Below, in pieces: positions 23,347-35,178 of a stretch of DNA of 64,000 bases; within the stretch, counting starts at the first letter, position 1, and each line of letters starts with the position of its first letter. The notes beneath the pieces were generated by a model. That model was not told where the DNA came from. It saw only the letters and a program-made list of their open reading frames with translations, and made no database searches. The stretch comes from Dictyostelium discoideum. Its lineage: Eukaryota. The translations under genes and the position numbers were made by a program. The DNA lies in NCBI GenBank assembly GCA_000004695.1, contig CM000154.2:2720001-2784000 (forward strand). The letters are read 5' to 3'.

Positions 23347-23898
23347 TATTTCACTAGAAAAAAATTATTAAATAAATCATTTTATGAGAAATTTTATAAT
23401 CGAAATCTCTTTTATTTCGAAAAATGAAATTATTTGATAGAAATTGCATATTTTTTTTAAAGTAAAATTTGAACACAAATTTATTTATTCTTTCATTTCT
23501 TAAAATAATTTTTTCTAATAATTCTTTAATTTTAAAGAAATGATAGAATTATTTGTCCCATACCAAAATTATATATGATAAAATTAATAAAAACAAAAAA
23601 AGAGAAAGTTTTGAAAATGAAATTTTATTAAATGTTTACATTGGACCTATCAGTGAATAATTGAATTAATTCTAAACAAAAAAAAAGTTTTTTTTGAAAA
23701 AGATTGAGTTATCCCGGAGAAGTTCATTTTTTAAACAAAAACAAATTATTTCAAAAAAAGTTTTTTTTTTTTTAAAAAATTCCAAAATCTTTTAGCCAAA
23801 GTTTTTAAAATCTTTTTTTTTTTTTTTTTTTTTTCAAAATTTCAATTTAAAAAAAATAAAGGAAAAAACACACCAAAATTAAATAAGTAAGAATAAAA

Positions 23899-26002
23899 AT
23901 GAAATATTTATTAGTATATTTACACATATTACTATTTTGTTTATTAAAGATCAATAGCCAAAAGTATTGCACTTATAGTGGTGTTGGAGAAGATTATAAT
24001 ATCAAATTTGATGTCTTACAAACAAAGTATGTAATTTTTTTTTTTTTTCTTTCTCTTCTTTTTTTTTTTTTTTTTTTTTAAAAAAAAAACCTAATTATTT
24101 TTTCTTAAACGTTCAAACAGTGGTGGTATTGGTTTTCTATACTCATATTTAAGTGTTATTTTTACAACTTGTAATTATACTATTCCTTGTGGTAGTAATA
24201 GTAATAATGTATTGTGTGGATCATATCATTCAACTGTTCCACGCAAGTATCTTTCATTGGGATTTGTTAATGGCAGTACACATAGTTATAGCAAAGACGG
24301 ACTAATGATAACATATATATCACAGGATACAACAAATGATAATGATTGCAAAAGATATACAACAAATGTGATTTTTCAATGTAGACCAGATGGTGATGTA
24401 TCCGATTCATTAGATGTTGGCATCGACAATATACTTATTGATTCATGTATTGTTGAATTCACACTCTATTTACGTACAGTGTGTCAAACATGTCCAAACT
24501 GTTTAAAAACACATCAAACATCATGTAATGTGAAAAGTGGTTGGTGTACTTGTGATGGTAATACAAAAGGTTTAAATTGTGATCAATTAAATGCAAATAT
24601 ATCATCGGTATTAACACCAACAATTAGTGGTGGTGATGTTATAATGTCTGGTGATTTTTCAAATATTTATAATATTAGCTCAAGTATTACAATTTCAATT
24701 GGTACTTCAATTTGTAATAGTGTTATTTTCTCAAGTAATAAATCACAAATCAAATGTACGATAGGTGCAGGTGAAGGTGATCAACAAATTAAATTATCAG
24801 ATGGAAATGGTGCAACATTAATATATGATGGATTTTATTATAGAGCTCCTTGTTCAGTCGAATGTTCACCATTTGGTAAATGTAATGATCACGTTGGTAA
24901 TTGTATTTGTAATGATGTTGCAATTGGTACAGATTGTAAAACTTTAAATTTACAATTAGATTCAGTAACACCAACATTTGTAACTGGTGGTCAAGTTTAT
25001 TTAAATGGTAATTTCCTAAATGTCAAAGATCTTAGTCTAACTATTAAAATCGGTGATATAGAATGTTCAGATGTTAAATTCAACGATACTAATTTCAAAG
25101 TTTTGCAATGTATAATTCGAAAAGGTGAAGGTATTAAAGATATTATAATATCATCAGGTTTGCTATCATTTTCAAAAGCAAAAGCATTCGAATATCAATA
25201 CTACAAATGTCCACTCAATTGTTCAACACCAAATGGTACTTGTGATAATAATACTGGTAATTGTACATGCCATAATGAACATTTTGGTAATTCTTGTGAA
25301 TTTACTCGATGTCCACTCGATTGTTCGACACCAAATGGTACTTGTGATAATAATACTGGTAATTGTACATGCCATAATGAACATTTTGGTAATGGTTGTG
25401 AATTCACTCAATGCCCACTCTATTGTTCAACACCAAATGGTACTTGTGATATTAATAGTGGTATTTGTACATGTGATAATGAACATATTGGTAATGGTTG
25501 CGAAATTAAATTTATTGAATGTAAACATAAATGTTCAACCAAACATGGAATATGTGATAATGATAGTGGTAATTGTAAATGTGATACTCAAACAAAAGGA
25601 TTAACGTGTGAAGAATCAAGATTATTAATTGAATCATTAGACTCAATCAATTCAAAAGGTGGTACAATAAATATAATTGGTTATTTTGGAAATACAACAT
25701 CATTATTAACAATTAAAATTGGTGAATCACAATGTAAAAATATCAAAGTATTCAATGAAACAACATTAAAATGTGATATTGGTGAAGGTAAAGGTATTCA
25801 TAATATTACAATCATTGATGATGACCTTTCGTTCACAGCAATCAATAAGTTCCAATATCTCGATGAAAAAACAAAAATCTCAAAAATATCGAGAGGTGCA
25901 ATTGCTGGTATTGTTGTTGGTTGTGTTGTTGCTGTTTCATTAATTGGTTCTATTGCTTTTTATTATCATCACAAAAATAAAAAGGTTAATCTTTTCTTCT
26001 AA
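23899..26002 (+). CDS. Type-I membrane protein: signal peptide, MRH-like domain, IPT/TIG-like and three tandem EGF-like repeats, TM; join(23899..24026,24121..26002)
   Basis: Exon 1 is MKYLLVYLHILLFCLLKINSQ/KYCTYSGVGEDYNIKFDVLQT (track ORF 23899..). A phase-2 donor AA|GTATGT sits at 24027 and the acceptor CAAACAG at 24120. Exon 2 is the track ORF 24212..26002 extended 5'. The MRH-like Cys pattern is C..Y..G...F / CGS...LCGSY / CKRY..NVIFQC / CIVEFTLYLRTVCQTC. Three nearly identical 40-aa EGF-like repeats (CPLNCSTPNGTCDNNTGNCTCHNEHFGNSCEF) are encoded by a 120-bp tandem DNA repeat at 25201..25560. The TM is AIAGIVVGCVVAVSLIGSIAFYY. Confidence 0.65.
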
Positions 26003-26204
26003 AAACTAAAATAAAATTTAACCATTATGGTTTTTTATTACAATAATTAAAATTTCCCAATTATTTTTGATATTTTTCTTTTTTTTTTTTTCTTCCAACT
26101 ATGATTTATTTTATATAATTTTGTGTATTTTTGTGTGCTTTATTTATCTATACTAAATTCATATTAAAAATTAATAAATTTAAATTGTTATCAATTTTTT
26201 TCGG

Positions 26205-26262
26205 CCACATAAATATCAAATTAATTCGATTCGATTAGTTGAATTTAAAGTGATTGGCCAAG
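26205..26262 (+). repeat. 57-bp conserved element, copy 2
   Basis: cggccacataaatatcaaattaattcgattcgattagttgaatttaaagtgattggcc. See copy 1 at 21188..21246. Confidence 0.6.
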
Positions 26263-26762
26263 CTTTTTTTTTTTTTTTTTTTTTAAATTATTTTTTTAAA
26301 TTATTTTTTATTTTTTTTTTTTTTTTCATTTTTATTTTTTTCATTTTTTTTTTTATTCTGGCACATCACCTAACAAAAACAAAAGGTGAAATTTGTTTAT
26401 CGTGCAATAACTCTGTTTTGAAAAAATAAAAATAAAAATAAAAATAAAAATAAAAATAAAAATAAAAATAAAAATAAAAAGGATTTAAAAATTAAAAAAA
26501 AAAAAATAAAAAATAAATAAAAAATAAAAATAAAAATAAAAATAAAAAGGATTTAAAAATTAAAAAAAAAAAAAATAAAAAAAAAATAAAAAATAAAAAT
26601 AAAAATCAAAAAAATTAAAATTGAGGTGTTTTTTTGAGAAAATACCAACAATTCAATACCAATGTCTAAGACAGCCATAAATATTTTTTCCCTATTCCAC
26701 CAACTATAAAAAAAAACAAATAAAATAGTTTTATTAGTAAAATTTAAATTTTACATTTTTAG

Positions 26763-27556
26763 ATGTTATCAGAGTTTTTTAATAATATTACCTCATTTTT
26801 TGTTAATATTTTTTCATTATTTGAGGGAAAAAGAAATATAAGAATATTAATGATAGGTTTAGATGGTGCAGGTAAAAATCAATTCAATAGTTTTGATATT
26901 AGAAAAAATAATAATTTAATAAATAATAACAATTCATTTTTTAATTAAAAATTATTTTTTTTAGGCAAATCAACACTTTTATATAAATTAAAATTTGGTG
27001 ATGTTATTAGAACAATCCCAACAATTGGTTTTAATGTTGAAATAAGTATGTATCAATTTATAGGAATAAGATTGTATTAAATAATATATAATATATTATT
27101 TAAATATACATATAAAACAACCAATTTTATTAACATTAATTTACATTTTTTTTTTTTTTTCTATTTCCAAAAGTTGAATATAAAAATTTATCAATGAATG
27201 TATGGGATATAGGAGGTCAAAATAATATTAGAGCGTTATGGCGTCAATATGATCAAAGAACAGATGTATTCATCTTTGTAGTTGATTCTACTGACCGTGA
27301 AAGATTTGATGAAGTTAAACAAGAAATCAAAAATATAATTGAACAAAACAAAAATGAATCAAGTAATGCTTCATTATTAATCTTTGCAAACAAACAAGAT
27401 ATGCTCAATCCAATTACACCTGCAGAATTAGTTAATTCATTGGATTTAAATTCATTAACAAATAAAAAATGGCATGTTCAACCTTGTAGTGCAGTAAGAG
27501 GAGATGGTATTTACGAAGGTTTTGACTGGATAGTATCCAACTCTAGTGGAAAGTGA
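26763..27556 (+). CDS. ARF-family small GTPase (ARF/ARL-like, no Gly2 myristoylation site); join(26763..26871,26965..27045,27174..27556), 190 aa
   Basis: Two phase-1 introns (G|GTAAAAAT...TTTTAG|GC and A|GTATGT...CAAAAG|TT) rebuild the P-loop [76 protein letters not shown]...LLIFANKQD...[23 protein letters not shown]. These align with ARF1 switch I/II, the NKxD motif and the C-terminal SAT-GDGLYEGLDWL. Confidence 0.75.
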
Positions 27557-27774
27557 TTGCATTTATAAAGGTTTTGATTGAAGGGGTAGTATTTAACAAT
27601 AGATTATTAAATTAATTTCATTATCAAATAAAAAAATAAATATAAAACTATATAAAATGAATTGGGGGCAAAAGTAAAACAAAAACACATCTCTCCTAGA
27701 TAGATTGATGATGTTTTTTAATTCTCAATTTAATTTTAATAATTTTAAAATTTTTTATTTTTCATTAATATTAA

Positions 27775-27996
27775 GGGTTTGGGAGAGGTAGCACTCTTTT
27801 TATAAACTCTGAAATTGTGCAATACAGAGCGAATGCTATTTTAGATGTAATAAAGGCATGCCGATATCATAACATCTAAACCTCGAATAAAAAATTATTT
27901 TAAATTCGAATGCTTTCACTTAGAAAGCAAGAACGATTTTAAACGTTCTAGAACAGATACTACACTTGATTAAAGCTATTACGCTTCAAGAAGAAT
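27775..27996 (-). ncRNA. U2 spliceosomal snRNA gene, divergent in stem I (about 220 nt)
   Basis: The minus-strand transcript AUUCUUCUUGAAGCGUAAUAGCUUUA-AUCAAGUGUAGUAUCUGUUCU-AGAACGUUUAAAAUCGUUCU... contains a 21/21 match to the universally conserved U2 branch-point-interaction region GAUCAAGUGUAGUAUCUGUUCU. A perfect stem-loop IIa equivalent (AGAACG-UUUAAAA-UCGUUCU) follows, then an Sm-like AAUUUUUUA and a 3' end ...CUCUCCCAAACCC. The block is a GC-richer island in the 740-bp gap between convergent genes. A DUSE-like TCCCAAAA lies about 85 nt upstream (plus-strand 28081..28088) and a TATAAAGG about 50 nt upstream. Confidence 0.6.
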
Positions 27997-28151
27997 TGTG
28001 ACTTATGCTTTATTAAGGCAAAAAGTGATTTGATTTGTTTTTTTATTCTTCCTTTATATTATTATTAATAAAATTATAATTTTTGGGAAAAATATTTTTA
28101 ATTCTTTTGAATTAATTACAACAATTAAAAAAACATTGTTGAAATTCCATT

Positions 28152-28212
<61 letters not shown>

Positions 28213-28298
28213 AAATCAACACACATTGTTAAATTCTTTTTTAAATATCAAAAATAAACTTTTTTTTTTTTTTTTTTTATTTAATTTATTTAATTTAT

Positions 28299-30977
28299 TT
28301 ATTTATTTACTAACTTAAGAAGTTCATCAAATGTTTTAAACATATTAGTGACAAGTTCACTTCTTTCTTTAATATTAAATATTGATAATTCAAGTTTTTC
28401 AGCATCTCTAGATTTTTGTAAATCTTTAATTGCATTAACAGAATCAAAACCTGATGACATATATGAATAAGCTTTTGAAACATTAAGACAATCGACTGGA
28501 GCTAAATCTACATATCTTTGGAAATATTTTCTAATATCTTTATAATTTTCTGGCATATTGCCAATCATGGTAGAAGGCTCATCCCTTGGATTTGAAGTTT
28601 TAATATGTAGGGCATAACCTAAAAGATAGAAAACATATTCATTTACCATTGGTTTTGAAATTGTAGTATTATCGAAAATGTATTTCAAATCTTTGATAGC
28701 ATTTTCAAAATCACCAGCATAAATAAAACATTTACCACGAAGTGCCAAGAAATCGAAATCATATTTGAATTGTGGTTGATTTTTAAAGAGTTCCTTAAAT
28801 TTCAATATTAAATTGTTTCTTAATAAATCACTTTTTACATCAAGTGATTCAACAGCAAATAAAATTAAATTTGATTTTTTATCAGATTTATCCTTTGATA
28901 TATTTTTTTGACAATGTTCTTTAATTTTATCTTTTTGAATTGGTTTTAATTGAGCTACATAAAATTCTGATATTACCAATTCATACAATGGATCTAATGA
29001 TTCCTCAAGGTTACCTTGGTCAAACAATTTTTCGAAATCATTTTTTAATTCGATGGCTTTGATTAATTTCATTGCCATTTTTGAACCTTTATATGAATCC
29101 TCAACTAAACGAGGAAGATTTGCATTAAAGTCAATTTTAGATCGATTCAGAAAGGTAGATATCCTCACCTTGATTAGCAAAGTAGCTTTTGTTTGATATT
29201 TCTTTAACATTGGAATCATTACAAAAATCATCTGCCAATTTGAGATCATTCGATTTAAATGATTTATCCTGTTCCAAGATATGACCATATCTGAATACGA
29301 GTCTAGAGTAATTATCTTTTGCTTCAGCTCCCATGTCTTCACTTATTTCAGCAACTATTTTACATAGTTTAGCACTTCTAACAATGTCTCTAACTTTACC
29401 AAATATTAAATCTTGGAATTGAAGTTCATCTTGAAATAGAGTTTTACTATATAAATGCATTTATACCTTCTTCTGAATGTAATTGATTTCACAAGATTTT
29501 TCAAAAAAGTATAAACCTTTCTCAATATCCATATCGAAACCATCCTTACCGAAATAGAATCTATCTGCTAAATAGAAATTAAAGAATTGAATTTGATAAA
29601 ATGGTCCATTCTCTTCGAATTCGTGTAGATCTTTCTCTAAAGAACCATCCCTCATTCTTTTAACCTCATCTTTTGTAAAGAATGGTTTCAATGAGTAATG
29701 ATAATTTTTATTAATTTTCACTCCGTAACCTTTATCCTGAGCTTCTGATAAAATTCCTAAACCAAATGGTAGCCCAAGTGATGCAGAGTCAAATAAGAAT
29801 GGTATTGACTTTGCATAGTCTTTATCTCGGTGGAAGTTGTATTGAACCCTTTTCTAAAACACGTATAAGAAGGTCTTCATAAGGTTTATTATACTTTTTA
29901 GCGATTTGAATAATTTCATCCACCCTTTTTGCTGGGACACCTTTTGTTGGGAATTTCATATCAACTTTTTTAATATAATTATTCAATTCTTTAACTATAT
30001 CCCTTTTACCAGTATTTGCATCATAACATCTTTCTGATAGCTTCTTTTCAGTCTCTTTCTTTGTATATTGTACATCCTTGGCATCCTTATCAAATGATAA
30101 TGCAATATCATAGAAAGTTAATGCAATATCATATTGTCCGATATATTCATACGTTTGACCAATACGAAACCATCCTTTATACCACAATGGTCTTAACCCA
30201 ACTGAATCAATTGCATCATCTCTTGAATCTAATATATATTTAGATTGCGTATATCTTTGTGAAGCAAATTTATAGTTATTTACAATCCATTTATAATGTT
30301 CTAATCTTGAAATTGATTTATTACTTTTTATTATTGATATAGTTGTAGGTGAAATTTGTTCACAAGAAGCCTCCTATGCTAATTCATAAGATTCCACTGC
30401 TTCTGGATAATCTTTTTTAGTAAAATATTGGTTTCCAATATCTTTAAATTTATTAACTTTTTTTTCAACTTCTAATGTTGAATCAACTTGTTTATCTTTA
30501 AATAATTCTTTTAAATCATCGTCATCCCTATCAAATTCTAATTTACAAATTAAATTATTTTCATCTAAAACCGAAATTGATTTTTTAATATTATTAAAAT
30601 ATGTTTTAAATTCTTCATTTGATAAATATAATCTATATGATTCTTTATTTTAATAACTTTTTTTTTTAAAAAAATTAATATATATTAATATCTTTTTATT
30701 ATTTTTATTATTTATTATAAATTATTTTTTTATATTTACATTTTATATAATTTAATCTAATTTTTAATAATTCTTTATTTTCAATATCAAGTTTTGATTT
30801 ATTTAATTTAGTATATGGAGCTTGTAATACTTTTGTTAATAAAATAATATCCCAATTTGCTAATGAACCTAAATCAACTAATTTTTTTTGTTCTAATGGT
30901 AATTCTTTGTAGATTGTTATTTGATAAATATTTTCCAAATGGAGGTATAGAACTCCATTTTTGACCATTTGATTCAA
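28299..30977 (-). pseudogene. TPR/Sel1-like repeat protein gene carrying two in-frame stop codons and two frameshifts (probable pseudogene)
   Basis: Five consecutive minus-strand track ORFs (30708..30977, 29822..30187, 29461..29721, 29137..29460, 28299..29342) form one homologous reading unit. (i) TAG at 30374..30376 sits in-frame inside a TPR helix (...KDYPEAVESYELA*EASCEQ...), with an open frame for 100 codons on either side. (ii) A frame change follows within about 30 nt of 29822-29850; the -1 frame continues as Sel1-like ...DYAKSIPFLFDSASLGLPFGLGILSEAQDKGYGVKINKNYHY... (iii) An in-frame TAA sits at 29461..29463 between ...EKSCEINYIQKKV and MHLYSKTLFQDE... (iv) A frame change lies between 29137 and 29342. 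It is bridged only by an atypically GC-rich 64-nt GTGAGG..TTTAG candidate intron (29105..29168). Sel1/TPR signatures include LADRFYFGKDGFDMDIEKGLYFFEKSCE and WYKGWFRIGQTYEYIGQYDIALTFYDIALSFD. Confidence 0.5.
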
Positions 30978-31270
30978 TTAACCATCTTGATTTAAATAAT
31001 TCTATTAAAATTGGTTTACAAGAATTTAAAAATAAATTATAAATTTTAAAAAAATTAATTCTTTATCTTTTAATGTCATTTTATTATAAATAATAATAAT
31101 AACGAATTTTTGGACAATGAAAATGCATAAAAAAAAAAAAAATAAAAAAATAAAAAAATAAAAAAAAAAAAATAAAAATAAAATAAAAAATAAATAAAAA
31201 ATAAATAAAAAATAAATAAAAAATAAATTTTGAGAAAATACATGTTGCTAACACAATATGCAAAAATCAA

Positions 31271-32007
31271 GCAGCCTTATATTCAAATGGATAAATTTAT
31301 GATTTAAGACCGGAATTATCCAGCAGGAGTAACGTATAAGTATTCTAGCGACAATCTAAATTCTCAAAGATTCAAATTCTCCAAAGGTATCAGTTGTATA
31401 AACATCTTGTTTAAGTAAAAATCAAACTGTTTTATTCAATCAATCAGTATCATGCTCATTAAACAAATATATGACATGCTCTTTAGATTATCATCATCTT
31501 CCTTGTTTTCATCGTCATCCTCGTCTGTTAACGGTGGCAATAATTCATCAACTACACCAACAATATCAATATCATTAAACTCTTCCACATCAGATTCATC
31601 AACATCGGCCTCTTCAATGTCATCATCATCCTCTTCAATAGAACCTGATGAATATGTAATCACTAGTAAATTTGATATTATCAACAATAGATTAACACTT
31701 GAAAATCCATATAACAAAACAATCAGTTGTATTGGTGACCGAAATGCATACTCTATATTCAAACTTTAGTTGCACAATTGTTCCATTCAATCAAACAGAA
31801 ATTATCATAGAATGTTATAATGAAAACTCTTCAATTTTAACATTCACAGAATCTTTTGAATGTAATATTGGTTATTCAATGAAATACTCATTAAATATTC
31901 CACAAACTACTTCAATTGATGATGATATTAATAGTAGCAAAAGTAGTATCAATAACTCAAGTCACACCAATAGTGAATCTCTCCAAATCCTAAATAAAAT
32001 TAATTAA
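31271..32007 (+). pseudogene. Rearranged partial duplicate of the giant IPT/MRH gene (exon junction region plus last 0.67 kb of the CDS), frame-disrupted
   Basis: 31271..31310 matches 37561..37612 (end of the MRH exon ...LNGDLYDLRP). 31303..31323 (ggaattatccagcaggagtaa) matches 37724..37744 at the start of the last exon. 31330..32007 is about 90% identical to 47255..47925 (the final 0.67 kb of the 3380-aa ORF, including its stop region). The 9.5 kb in between is absent. The two track ORFs 31452..31769 and 31699..32007 are in different frames, so indels disrupt the copy. Confidence 0.6.
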
Positions 32008-32167
32008 TTAATTTTCATAACAATTATTTTTAGAACTTATTAAGTTTTATTTTTGTTAGATATTGAAATTATAATAGATTTATTTTTTTGTTTTTAAGTA
32101 GATAGAAGTTTTTTTTTAAATGAGTTAAAGAGTACAAAGGAACATTGTAACATAGGTTGAACTTTTT

Positions 32168-35046
32168 TTACAAATTAACTTTATAGTTGTATATTTGATC
32201 ACGCATTGCACCTTTTGATATTTTATTGGCATCTGCAAGTATTTTATTCCAAGATTCTCCGACAATATCAAATACTCTGCAATTAAATATGTCTCCATTC
32301 TTTCCCTTTAAAATTATATTTTTGGTTAATAAAAATTAATAATAATTAATAATTATAATAATTATAAAAATAATAATAATAAAAATAATAAAAGTTGATA
32401 CAAACTAAATCAGTTAATAAAAATCCTTCACGAAATTGTTGGCAATATTTGTAAAGGTCTAAACAAGGACTATAAGGACTACGGTTATATATATGATGAA
32501 CTGTAACCACTGTTTGATCTATAATTATATCTTTTCCACAAAAACTAATAACATCTTGATAAGTTTTAAATTGTTGTGTCAACATATTATTATTATTATT
32601 AAAAAAATAAACTTTGTTATTTGAGTTATAAATATTTCCAAGAAGCATTCTTAGAGCAATATCCATTTCAAACATATTGTAACCATCTTCTTGACCTAAA
32701 GGATCTATAAGTTTTTCTATACCTTCTAAAGCAAATTTAGTTATTTGTTGATCATCATCATCTCCATTTGCTTCATAGAAATATGAAATTATCTTATTTT
32801 TTTCTGTACAAAGGTACTTAGTTTGAAAATTGTTACAATTATCTTCATCTTTACAAAAAACAATATGTGGATAATAAAAATTTGACTCCCAACAAAATTG
32901 AATTGGGGCATCCAAAGTATAAAGATTGTTTTTTCTTATAACCATTTCTTGAAATGTTTTAAAATCTATTTTACCACCACCATTAATCTCTACATTCAAA
33001 TCGATTTTGTCTGATGGTGGTGGAAAACTCATTGATGATCCAGTTAGTTGATAATGTTGTTGAATTTTACTTATTCTTTCCATATCATCACTATTTTCTT
33101 TAATTACCAACCTTGAAATAAAATCATTAATACCTTCTTTAACTTTTGAGTTATAAAATGTCCTTTCTCCACTTGAACTTATATAGTAATACGAATAAAC
33201 TTTTTTTGAAAAAAATTTACTAAGAGTTGGGCTTTTGAAACAATGTACTGATCCTCCTCTATGAGCCTATTTTTGAGTGTTATGAAAAATCAATTTTATT
33301 AAAACTAGATTTTAGAAATCCATAATTTAAATATAAATTTTTACTTACCTGTTTTTCCATAAAATTATTATCACCAACACAAAACCATATATAATCATAT
33401 TGATTAGGTTGGGTTGGTACAACTTCATCAGGAAAATCTCGTTTAAATTGAATAACTGAAAAAGCTTGTTTTGAATGATCCTTTTTTCTTGTAATAATTT
33501 TATTATTAGGAGCATAACCAGTTATATCTTCAACTTGATATACTTTACGTTCAAGATTTGTAACTTTTCCTGTTTCAATGTCATTATAATGTTGAGTTTG
33601 TAAATAAAAGTTTCCTAATAGTGAAATTTGTTGACCACCAAAATCCATCTTTAAGGTTGAAATGTATGTCCAAATGTTTATTAAATTTTTATAACTCAAT
33701 TTACTGGGATCCATATATCTTCTTACACCATTAATATAGTTTTTCCCTAATTGGTTATCTTTGTTATAAAATTGTTTTTGATAAAAATATAATTTTTCTG
33801 AATATTGGTTATAAAGTGTTTCTAAATGTTGCTTTTTACTGTATTCCGAAAAATAATATGCCTGGTTTAAAAAGTTAATTTTTTTTTTTTTTTAATAAAT
33901 AAGGTAATTTAAAGATTTTGATTAGATTAATGAAAATACACATACATGCTTTGCCAAAACATACAATGGGAATTTATCATTTTGGTCCAATATTTTAACA
34001 TCTTTAACAATTCCGGCTGTTACTTGAGATTCTCGAATATTAATATTTTCGTAATGAATATTTCTCTTTTGAAAATCATTTGTATCAGGTATTCTCATAA
34101 AGCTAACTCTTGGAAATTTGGCAGGATCTAAATCATCTAATATATTTGTTAACTCTAATGATGAGAGTCCCCAATTGACCGCCAAACCATTAACGTAACC
34201 AATAACTGAATTTGTTAATACCAAATGTCTATAGATACCAACTTCAATCCCTGTTTTTGAAATCGGATAGCAATATGCATACTGTGCTTGTTGTAATTTT
34301 GGGTTCTTATCTTTTGGTATTAAATTCAAAAATTAATATTAATAATAAAGGAATGAAATTGGTTAAATGTATGAAATAATGAACCATTACCTCTTAAATT
34401 TTTATCTTTATGATTAAAAACTTCTAAACCAGGATTAAATCCACCTGTTTGTGGCTTTTTTGCAAATTTTCCTTTCTCCATAGTTTCATCATTTCTACTT
34501 GTTCTAAACAAAGGAAATGCTGTAAAACTATGCATCACATGTATACCACCATCTTTGTTCCTACAAGTTCACAATGTGTTTAAAATAATAAATCAATTTT
34601 TAAATTAAGAAATTAATTTTCCTTTTTTTTTTTTTTTTTTTTTTAAAAAATTTAAATAAAATTAAAAATTAAAATATTAATATTTACCAAATAAAAAATC
34701 CTTTTGAATGTCCACCTATTGGATCTTTATCTCTTGTTTCATCTGGATGATCATTGTAGGTAACATAATTATAATCTGGGTTTTCCATTTGGTTGAATGT
34801 TAATAAAAACGCTGATTCACTATCATATCTTAATGAATATTCAATTCCTATTTTTTCAGTTATGGTATCAGAGAAACTATTCCAATAATAAATTCCACCT
34901 TCTTCAGGTAACTGGTAAATGTACCATTTTCTTATTTTATCGTTCAATCCAATATCTTTTCCTCCTTGTAAACACATGGGCTGACAATAAAATAATTGAA
35001 TATTAAATATAATTAAAATTAAAAAAATTAAAATAATCTTTTTCAT
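32168..35046 (-). CDS. Secreted multi-exon protein, possible Ntn-hydrolase/phospholipase-B-like enzyme; complement(join(32168..32305,32406..33266,33348..33861,33946..34310,34391..34560,34688..35046))
   Basis: Exon 1 (track ORF 34684..35046) starts with a signal peptide MKKIILIFLILIIFNIQLFYCQP and ends TG|GTAAAT. Five further GT..AG introns join the track ORFs 34326.., 33922.., 33280.. and 32346.. in frame. The final 45-aa exon GKNGDIFNCRVFDIVGESWNKILADANKISKGAMRDQIYNYKVNL* replaces the implausible read-through tail ...INFYYFYYYYFYNYYNY. The functional call rests only on overall size, secretion and motifs such as AHRGGSVHCF, and it is weak. Exon 4 is 1 nt off a multiple of 3 (caveat at 33301). 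Confidence 0.45.
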
Positions 35047-35099
35047 TTTATTTGTTGTAATTATTTTTTTTATTCTTTTTAAAGAAATTAAATTATTTT

Positions 35100-35119
35100 A
35101 AAAATTAAAATAATTATAA

Positions 35120-35178
<59 letters not shown>

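Noticed and set aside
29105-29168. 64-nt GTGAGG...TTTAG candidate intron that would bridge one frameshift of the TPR/Sel1 gene
   Set aside because: About 38% GC is far from the >85% A+T typical of Dictyostelium introns here. Even if used, one frameshift and two in-frame stops remain.
31076-31270. 64-aa poly-F/Y/I ORF and other ORFs in pure A/T runs (for example 2385..2702, 8569..8841, 11075..11260, 35088..35336, 52063..52371)
   Set aside because: They are translations of homopolymer and simple-repeat intergenic DNA.
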